Positions 25,736-32,000 of a stretch of DNA of 32,000 nt are shown here, piece by piece. Below the pieces are notes generated by a model. It saw only the letters and a list, made by a program, of their open reading frames with translations, made no database searches and was not told where the DNA came from. Position 1 is the stretch's first letter. Every line of letters starts with the position of its first letter. The translations under genes were made by a program, and so were the position numbers. The stretch comes from Synechococcus elongatus PCC 6301 (GTDB lineage Bacteria; Cyanobacteriota; Cyanobacteriia; Synechococcales; Synechococcaceae): assembly GCF_000010065.1 (NCBI RefSeq), contig NC_006576.1, positions 2,070,001-2,102,000 of the forward strand, in the 5' to 3' direction.

Positions 25736-26305
25736 TTACGAATGTAGCAGTTGCCATGCTTTATAAAAATTGTTTCTTAAGTGTGATTCAGATTTATCAC
25801 GGATTGTCATTACATAATTTGAAAAATGTTGGTCAATACTATCGACCAATGAATATCTGTCAACAAGAATAAACTGAATCGAGTTGTCTTGAGAGTTGAT
25901 CATGAGCCTAAAGGTAGGCGAGCCATCCTGAAGTAAAACTTTTGTTCGCGTCATCCCAAAGTGAGAAAGTCCACAACGTCCATCTTTATAGAGAATTTTA
26001 ATAAACTCATCCCATATTGACTGCTGATATTGACTTGGCTTGGGAAAAACAGAATTGAAACCTTCTGCGAAAAATTCCTTTGATCTCTTGTAGCTATCTT
26101 CACCCCTGAAAAAGATTGTATAACTTTCAAAATAAGCAAGCGCTGTTTGTAAGACACCGAACCCTGCGTGCTCATGATGATTCAAAATCCTTCCGCAATT
26201 TATTAGCCATCCCCTGACCTTATCTTCATAAACATCTACAATGTCCTCCAACAAACCCGAGTCTAATTTGGTCGAATAATACTTGGGACTAATCTTAAAA
26301 GCCAT
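25736..26305 (-). CDS. 189-aa orphan protein with an Rx4H (HEPN-like) motif
   Basis: ATG start; AT-rich, with no HIP1. The N-terminal two thirds look helical. ILYKDGRCGLSHFG contains R110-x4-H115 (codons 25976-25978 and 25961-25963). No other motif recognised. Confidence 0.6.
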   Translation of the reverse strand: MAFKISPKYYSTKLDSGLLEDIVDVYEDKVRGWLINCGRILNHHEHAGFGVLQTALAYFESYTIFFRGEDSYKRSKEFFAEGFNSVFPKPSQYQQSIWDEFIKILYKDGRCGLSHFGMTRTKVLLQDGSPTFRLMINSQDNSIQFILVDRYSLVDSIDQHFSNYVMTIRDKSESHLRNNFYKAWQLLHS

Positions 26306-26384
26306 TCCAGTTATTCCTCTGGGTTTGTTGTTATCTTAGCTACCTAGTTTATTAAGTGTGTTTGTTTTCCAAGGTGAAGGATCA

Positions 26385-26432
26385 ACAAAGAAAAACTCCA
26401 AGAGTACCGTTAGCATAAGTACCTCTTGGAGT
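26385..26432 (-). terminator. Strong intrinsic terminator of chlH
   Basis: Minus strand reads ACTCCAAGAGGTAC-ttatgctaacg-GTACTCTTGGAGT (13-bp stem with one bulge, 26395-26432) followed by TTTTTCTTTGTT. It starts 35 nt after the chlH stop. Confidence 0.75.
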
Positions 26433-26466
26433 TGTTGGGATATGTTCGAATTGCCCTAGGCTCTAG

Positions 26467-29400
26467 TTATTCGACGCCTTCGATTCGGTCTTCGACCTCT
26501 TGATAGAGCTCTTGCAGGCGTTGGATATTTTCGTCACTGGTTTCCCAGTAGCCGCGACCTGCAACCTCTAGTAGCGTGCCCACCATGCGGCGGAAGCTGT
26601 GGGGGTTGAGATCCATCAGGCGCTTCTGCATTTCCGGATCAGAAATGAAGGTCGTATTCGCCTCCTCATAGACCCAGTTATCAACCGCGCCCGCCGTCGC
26701 TGACCAGCCCGAAGTGTAGTTCAAGCGCTTAGCAATTTCCCGCACGCCTTCATAACCGCTGTTCAGCATCCCTTCGTACCACTTGGGATTGAGCAGCTTC
26801 GTCCGCGAGTCCAGCCGCACCGTTTCATTTAGCGTCCGCACTTGGGCATTCGCCGTGGTCGTGTCGGCAATGAAGCTCGCCGGTTTCTTGCCGTCTTCCC
26901 GCAGGCTCGCCACCAACTTGGTCGGGTCGCTGTCGAAGTAGTGGCTCACATCCGTCAGCGAAATTTCCGACGAATCCAAGTTCTGGAAGGTAACATCCGC
27001 TGTCTTCAGCGATTCCCGGAACAGTTCCTGATTTTGGTTCATCATGCCGGGGTTGTCGCTATCAAACGCGAAGGATTTACGCTCCAGATACATGTTCTGG
27101 AGTTCGCTTTCCTCTTCCCAGCTGCTGTTCTCGATCGCCAAGTTGACGTTGCTGCTGTAGCTACCGGAAGCGTTGGAGAAGACACGGCTTGCCGCTTGGC
27201 GCAGCTCAATGTTCAGCTTCTTGGCTTGCTCCAGCGAGTGCTTGCGCACAAAGTTCATCTCCAGCGGCTCATCAGCTTCGGCAGCCATTTTCACCGCTTG
27301 GTCGATCAGCGCCATTTGGTTGATGAACAGATCGCGGAACACGCCCGAACAGTTGACGACCACATCGACGCGGGGACGACCCAGCTCTTCCAGCGGAATC
27401 AGCTCCAGCTTGTTGACGCGACCGAGGCTGTCCGGCTTCGGCTTGACGCCGACAAACCAGAGGATTTGCGCCAGCGACTCGCCGTAGGTCTTGATGTTGT
27501 CGGTGCCCCAGAGAACGCAGGCGATTGTTTCTGGCCAGTTGCCGTCATTTTCTGCCCGCTGGCGATCGAGCAGGCGATCGACCACGACTTTGGCCGATTG
27601 CACCGCTGCGGTCGTCGGAATCGACTGGGGATCCAGCGCGTGAATGTTGCGACCGGACGGCAGCACGTTGGGGTTACGAATCGGGTCGCCACCCGGCGCG
27701 GGCATCACATATTCGCCGTCCAGCGCCTTGACGAGGTTCTGCATTTCCAAGTCGGCGCAGACTTGCTCCAAGCAGAATTGCAGATAGTCGAACAGGACTT
27801 TCAGCGCATCCTCATCAACCTTGTAGCCCTTGGCTTCCAAAGCCCGTTGGTAGGCCGGTTTCAGTTTGATGTTGAAGAAAGCCAGCAGCTTTTCGATCCA
27901 GCCAAAGCGTTTGACCAGCGAGACACGGCCATCACTGCCGGTGACTTCCCGCACCATCGCTGCCACTGAAGCACGAACCGCTTCGGTGATCGACTGGTTG
28001 AGGTTGACGTCATCCAGCACGCCCAGATCAGCGCTGCGGAAGATTTCTTCCATCTCGCGACCGAGGCTGCGGGCAATCAAGGTCGGTAGGCCGGTGATCC
28101 CTTCTTCATCGCGATCGAGGCTGGCGATGTTGACGAGGGTGGCGATCGCTTCTTCGGCAGTTGGCGGTTTGCCAATCACGTGCAGACCGCAGGGCAGCAG
28201 ACGGCTCTCGATTTCCATCAGCTTGCGGTAGACGTTGCCCACTAGGCGATCGCGATCGTCGGCGCTCAGTTCTGCGGCATCAACGTCCGGTAGTTCGACG
28301 TCTTGGTCGAGGTTGACCTGACGGCAGGTTTCCACAATCGAGTTGCAGATGGCGACACCGCGGCCACTTTCCCGCAGGGTTTGGTAGCTGCCCACCAGCT
28401 CGCTCAGTTCCTTCAGACCCTTGTAGAGACCCGCGTTTTCAGCGGGTGGGGTCAGGTAGCTGATCGTTTCGGCATAGCCCCGTCGTTTGGCGATCGTGGC
28501 TTCTGAGGGGTTGTTCGCCGCGTAGTAGTAGAGGTTGGGGATCGTGCCGATCAAGTTGTCGGGGTAGCAGGCACCGCTCATGCCCATCTGCTTACCAGGC
28601 ATGAACTCCAGCGAGCCGTGGGTGCCGAAGTGCAGCACCGCGTTCGCCCCCCAAATGTGGTTGAGGTAGGTGTAATAGGCAGCAAAGCCGTGGTGAGGGC
28701 TAGCGCTCCGGCTGTAGAGCAGCATCATCGGGTCGCCTTCGTAACCGAAGGTCGGCTGGACGCCGATGAAGACGTTGCCAAACTGCTTACCGAAGATCAG
28801 CAGGTTTTCGCCGTCGCTGTTCAGCTGTCCCGGAGGTGGCCCCCAGTTTTCTTCGAGGCGTTCCGCGTAGGGCGTCAGCCGCTGGTATTCGCTCACCGAC
28901 ATGCGGTAGGCGATGTTCAGTTCCGGCGAGGCGTATTGGGCTTGGGCGTCGTGGATGACTTCCTCCATCAACTCCTTGGCGGTCTTCGGCATCCCTTCCA
29001 CGGTGTAGCCTGCCGCTTTCAGCTCTTCCATGACGCGATGGATCGAGCCGAACACGTCCAGATAGGCCGCCGTACCAACGTTGCCCTTATCCGGCGGGAA
29101 GCTGAAGACGGTGATCGCCAGCTTTTTAGTGGCGCGAGGCGTGCGGCGCAGGTTGGCCCAGCGGATCGATCGCTCTGCGATCATCTCGACCCGATCTTGC
29201 AGGGTGTGGGCTTTGCCGGTGGCGCTATCGCGGCCAGACATAATGATCGGCTCGATCGCGCCGTCTAGCTCAGGAATGGCGATTTGCAGCGCCACTTGCA
29301 CGGGGTGCAAACCGAGGTCGCTCTCTTCCCACTCTTCCGTGGTTTGGAAGACCAGCGGCAGCGCCACCATGTAGGGACGATTCAGCTTTTTGAGGGTTTC

Positions 29401-30453
29401 GATCGCCTTGGGATGGTCTTGGCGCGCAGGGCCACCCACCAGCGCAAAGCCGGTCAGCGAGACGGTTGCGTCGATGATCGGTGTCTCGGGATCGAGGGGA
29501 TCGAAGAAGTACTGCTGCACCGGCTTCGAAAAGTCCAGCCCGCCGTTGAAGACGGGAATCACTTTGGCACCGCGATATTCCATCTCGGAAACGACCGCCA
29601 CGTAGTGCGCATCGTCGCCGGTGACCAAGTGGCTGCGCTGCAGCACCAGGCCGATGGTTGGACCATCTTGCTTGGGCAGGTCTTGGCGCGACTGATACCA
29701 GTTGAGGTACTCCTTCAAGTCCTCAAACATCTGGGGTGCCAGCGGGTGCCAGATGCCTTGGTCGGGGTAAACGACTGGCTCTTCAAAGTTGACGTTGACG
29801 TCGCTGTCTTTTTTGAAGACGTAGCGATCGGCAATCATCAACAGGAAGTTTTCCAGGTTCTCTGGCGAACCCCCCAGCCAGTACTGGAAGCTAAGCATGA
29901 AGTTGCGAGCGTCCTGTGCCTTCTCAACCGGCAGGTACTTGAGGACGTTCGGCAGGGTACGCAGCAGCTTGAGCATGGCGTCTTGGAAACCTGCTCCACC
30001 CGCTTCCTTGCGCTTCTTCATGAAGCTGGCGATCACGCTCTTGCTTTGGCCCAGCTGCGCCATCGAGAAGGAGCCGAGCTTGTTGAGGCGCATCACCTCC
30101 GGCATCGAGGGGAAGACGATCGAGGCGGCAAGGCGATCGCGCACCGGTTGCACGGCGCTGACCACTTTCTCAGCTAGGTCTTCGATGAAGATCAGCGAGC
30201 CGATGAAGATATCTGCATCCTGCAGATCGGCTTTAAAGGCGTCGTAGTTTTCGGGATCGCGCAGTTCTTCGATCAGGTAGCCGCTCAGTTCAACAGCAAC
30301 TTGATGGGAGCCAGCATTGATCGATCGGACGGCGGCCGAGAGCGCACTCTGATACTGCGCTTCCAAGACGACGTAGACCACTTTCAGCCGCGATCGCCCG
30401 TTAAGGTCCTCGGGCACGATGCGACGGATTGCGGACTTGACCTGGGTGAACAT
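26467..30453 (-). CDS. chlH: Magnesium-protoporphyrin IX chelatase, H subunit
   Basis: 1328 aa from ATG 30453 ([36 protein letters not shown], the conserved ChlH N-terminus). CobN/Mg-chelatase similarity runs throughout. The 29-codon TTG-initiated extension in the ORF track was discarded. Confidence 0.97.
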   Translation of the reverse strand: MFTQVKSAIRRIVPEDLNGRSRLKVVYVVLEAQYQSALSAAVRSINAGSHQVAVELSGYLIEELRDPENYDAFKADLQDADIFIGSLIFIEDLAEKVVSAVQPVRDRLAASIVFPSMPEVMRLNKLGSFSMAQLGQSKSVIASFMKKRKEAGGAGFQDAMLKLLRTLPNVLKYLPVEKAQDARNFMLSFQYWLGGSPENLENFLLMIADRYVFKKDSDVNVNFEEPVVYPDQGIWHPLAPQMFEDLKEYLNWYQSRQDLPKQDGPTIGLVLQRSHLVTGDDAHYVAVVSEMEYRGAKVIPVFNGGLDFSKPVQQYFFDPLDPETPIIDATVSLTGFALVGGPARQDHPKAIETLKKLNRPYMVALPLVFQTTEEWEESDLGLHPVQVALQIAIPELDGAIEPIIMSGRDSATGKAHTLQDRVEMIAERSIRWANLRRTPRATKKLAITVFSFPPDKGNVGTAAYLDVFGSIHRVMEELKAAGYTVEGMPKTAKELMEEVIHDAQAQYASPELNIAYRMSVSEYQRLTPYAERLEENWGPPPGQLNSDGENLLIFGKQFGNVFIGVQPTFGYEGDPMMLLYSRSASPHHGFAAYYTYLNHIWGANAVLHFGTHGSLEFMPGKQMGMSGACYPDNLIGTIPNLYYYAANNPSEATIAKRRGYAETISYLTPPAENAGLYKGLKELSELVGSYQTLRESGRGVAICNSIVETCRQVNLDQDVELPDVDAAELSADDRDRLVGNVYRKLMEIESRLLPCGLHVIGKPPTAEEAIATLVNIASLDRDEEGITGLPTLIARSLGREMEEIFRSADLGVLDDVNLNQSITEAVRASVAAMVREVTGSDGRVSLVKRFGWIEKLLAFFNIKLKPAYQRALEAKGYKVDEDALKVLFDYLQFCLEQVCADLEMQNLVKALDGEYVMPAPGGDPIRNPNVLPSGRNIHALDPQSIPTTAAVQSAKVVVDRLLDRQRAENDGNWPETIACVLWGTDNIKTYGESLAQILWFVGVKPKPDSLGRVNKLELIPLEELGRPRVDVVVNCSGVFRDLFINQMALIDQAVKMAAEADEPLEMNFVRKHSLEQAKKLNIELRQAASRVFSNASGSYSSNVNLAIENSSWEEESELQNMYLERKSFAFDSDNPGMMNQNQELFRESLKTADVTFQNLDSSEISLTDVSHYFDSDPTKLVASLREDGKKPASFIADTTTANAQVRTLNETVRLDSRTKLLNPKWYEGMLNSGYEGVREIAKRLNYTSGWSATAGAVDNWVYEEANTTFISDPEMQKRLMDLNPHSFRRMVGTLLEVAGRGYWETSDENIQRLQELYQEVEDRIEGVE

Positions 30454-30742
30454 GCGCTTAGCAGCCTCCGGCGTGTTCTCGAGATGCGGGCGATCGGGTA
30501 CAGGGCCGGCAAAAATACCCAATCGTGACAAATCACTCAAGATTGAGTTCTAACAGAAAATCCAGACTGGGTGGGGCCTCCCGGCGATCGCAGATACAAT
30601 TTGCAATCCCTTTTGACAAGTAACTTCATAAAACTTGACAGAATGGCGATCGCTCCTTTTCCCCTAAGAGCTAAGGCGGTTTCGACCGCGCCCCGCCATT
30701 TCAGGAAACAATGGCAACAGTGCAAGATTCTGTGACTGGTTT

Positions 30743-31564
30743 ATGGCTCACCCGATTCCTGTGGTTGTCAATGGGGCGACTGGCAAGATGGGGCGCGAAA
30801 CGATCAAGGCGATCGCAGCGGCGGATGATGTGACCCTCGTGGGGGCGATCGCCCGCAGTGCGGATGTGCAGGGGCAAGACATCGGCGAGATTGTCGGGCT
30901 TGGGCCGCTGGAAGTGCCGGTGACCAATGACCTTGAAGGAATGCTCTGCCTGGCTTCGCAGGAGCGGGAAGTGCCCGTTGTTGTCGATTTCACCCACCCT
31001 GACTGCATCTATGACAACGTCCGCAAGGCGATCGCCTATGGTGTGCGGCCAGTTGTGGGCACCACCGGCTTAAACAATGAGCAGTTGCAGGAACTAGCGG
31101 AGTTTGCCGAAAAAGCCAGCGTTGGCTGCTTGGTAATTCCTAACTTTTCGATTGGCATGGTGCTGCTGATGCAGGCAGCGATTCAGGCCAGCCGCTTCTA
31201 CGACCACGTCGAAATTTTGGAACTGCATCACGACCAAAAGGCGGATGCGCCCAGTGGCACGGCCATCAAAACCGCGCAGATGCTGGCAGAACTGGGCAAA
31301 ACCTTCAATCCTCCCAAGGTAACCGAGAAGGAGACGATGCCCGGCGCCCGCGGTGCTGTTGGCCCTGAAAATATCCGCATTCACAGCGTCCGTCTGCCGG
31401 GACTGATTGCCCACGAAGAGGTGATCTTTGGTGCGCCCGGTGAAATTCTGACCCTGCGTCACGACACCATGGATCGCAGTTGCTATATGCCGGGTGTGCT
31501 GTTAGCAGTGCGGAAGGTGCGGCAACTGACGGGGCTGATCTACGGCCTCGATCGCATTCCCTAA
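30743..31564 (+). CDS. dapB: 4-hydroxy-tetrahydrodipicolinate reductase
   Basis: 273 aa. N-terminal NAD(P)-binding [13 protein letters not shown], plus [17 protein letters not shown] ([19 protein letters not shown]). Confidence 0.95.
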   Translation: MAHPIPVVVNGATGKMGRETIKAIAAADDVTLVGAIARSADVQGQDIGEIVGLGPLEVPVTNDLEGMLCLASQEREVPVVVDFTHPDCIYDNVRKAIAYGVRPVVGTTGLNNEQLQELAEFAEKASVGCLVIPNFSIGMVLLMQAAIQASRFYDHVEILELHHDQKADAPSGTAIKTAQMLAELGKTFNPPKVTEKETMPGARGAVGPENIRIHSVRLPGLIAHEEVIFGAPGEILTLRHDTMDRSCYMPGVLLAVRKVRQLTGLIYGLDRIP

Positions 31565-31573
31565 CGCAGGACC

Positions 31574-32000
31574 ATGCTGATTCCCATCACCGAAGCCAGT
31601 ACGAGGCAACTGATTCCTGCGATCGCGACGGGGCCGCAGTATCGCTACTGCTGGGGAAAGCCTCAGGACTTTCTGCGGCGGCTCCTGATCTCCGTGATCG
31701 TAGCGGTGGCTGCCTTGCTGGCCGAAACCCTGGCGGGGGTCTCCGGGGAAATTGCCCTCGTCGTCGGCATTCTGGGCGGCTTCTTTTGGTGGTGGGCACC
31801 GATCGCGATCGCTGCTCAACGCAACTACCGCCTGCGCCGCTATCGCTATGCCGCCTTTTGGGAGGGGGAGATCGTTGATCTTTACCGCAGCCAAGCCCGC
31901 ATTGGTACAGAGGAAACGGTCAATTCCCAGGGGCGGTTGGTGCTGATTGACAAGGTCGAAACTCGCGTCAATCTGGAGCTGCTGGACGAGAACGACTTTG
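31574..32000 (+). CDS. Conserved-looking membrane protein, 5' part (runs off the window end)
   Basis: Open frame from ATG 31574 to the window edge, with no stop, so it is absent from the ORF track. It reads MLIPITEASTRQLIPAIATGPQYRYCWGKPQDFLRRLLISVIVAVAALLAETLAG...IALVVGILGGFFWWWAPIAIAA, with two clear TM helices. Starts 10 nt after dapB. The track ORFs 31480-31878 (+) and 31502-31894 (-) are in other frames and are low-complexity. Confidence 0.55.
   Translation, partial: MLIPITEASTRQLIPAIATGPQYRYCWGKPQDFLRRLLISVIVAVAALLAETLAGVSGEIALVVGILGGFFWWWAPIAIAAQRNYRLRRYRYAAFWEGEIVDLYRSQARIGTEETVNSQGRLVLIDKVETRVNLELLDENDF

Noticed and set aside
26441-26456. GTTCGAA, a possible tRNA T-arm signature between the 189-aa gene and chlH
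   Set aside because: There is no acceptor, D or anticodon stem complementarity around it. It lies between the chlH stop and its terminator.
26842-30177. Very long plus-strand ORFs (375, 216 and 297 aa at 26842-27969, 28618-29268 and 29284-30177) antisense to chlH
   Set aside because: They lie entirely inside the highly conserved chlH reading frame. Their products are Arg/Ala/Gly-rich and low-complexity with no motifs. This is the usual stop-codon-poor antisense frame of a GC-rich gene.
1-32000. CRISPR arrays, rRNA/tRNA genes, and intact IS elements or transposases
   Set aside because: I found no regularly spaced direct repeats, no rRNA/tRNA signatures, and no transposase-like ORF or terminal inverted repeats on either strand.

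Overview
This window is a chromosomal segment from a cyanobacterium. The gene set and order look Synechococcus elongatus-like: apcF, glnA with a textbook NtcA box, trpB, chlH, dapB. The HIP1 octamer GCGATCGC is very dense, with more than a dozen copies in the first 2.3 kb by eye. All calls come from reading the ORF translations and the DNA; no database, HMM or folding program was run, so family names are motif-level recognitions from memory.

Most of the window is GC-rich, HIP1-rich core genome:
- a Rieske/PaO-type oxygenase
- a class V aminotransferase
- an alpha/beta-fold protein
- apcF and glnA
- an ABC-2 exporter pair
- vapBC
- N-carbamoylputrescine amidase plus a secreted thermonuclease
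- trpB, a SUI1/YciH homologue, chlH, dapB

Two stretches are visibly AT-rich and HIP1-poor and look accessory. Sampled 60-nt lines give 18/60 G+C at 11401 and 17/60 at 24241, against 40/60 inside chlH at 27601.

(1) About 8.55-14.27 kb carries an HlyD-type membrane-fusion gene directly upstream of a family-2 glycosyltransferase (cellulose-synthase-like) with a C-terminal PilZ domain. A convergent secreted Ntn (choloylglycine-type) hydrolase follows.

(2) About 21.0-26.46 kb lies between the SUI1 gene, its overlapping convergent neighbour (a 154-aa membrane-protein gene), and chlH. It is a mosaic islet containing:
- a cupin gene
- a blasticidin-S-deaminase-like cytidine deaminase plus a GST, bracketed by 99-bp direct repeats that begin and end at HIP1 sites
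- a DUF433-like fragment
- a 341-aa protein whose last ~63 aa are a HicA-type toxin domain fused to a large unknown domain, with no HicB partner
- the N-terminal remnant of an integron-integrase-like tyrosine recombinase with an in-frame stop
- a decayed partial copy of the 154-aa membrane-protein gene whose intact copy forms the other island border
- a 189-aa orphan protein with an Rx4H (HEPN-like) motif

The HicA fusion and the HEPN-like orphan are my best candidates for an undescribed RNA-targeting toxin or defence module. That assignment is inference only. No rRNA, tRNA, CRISPR array or intact transposase was seen.
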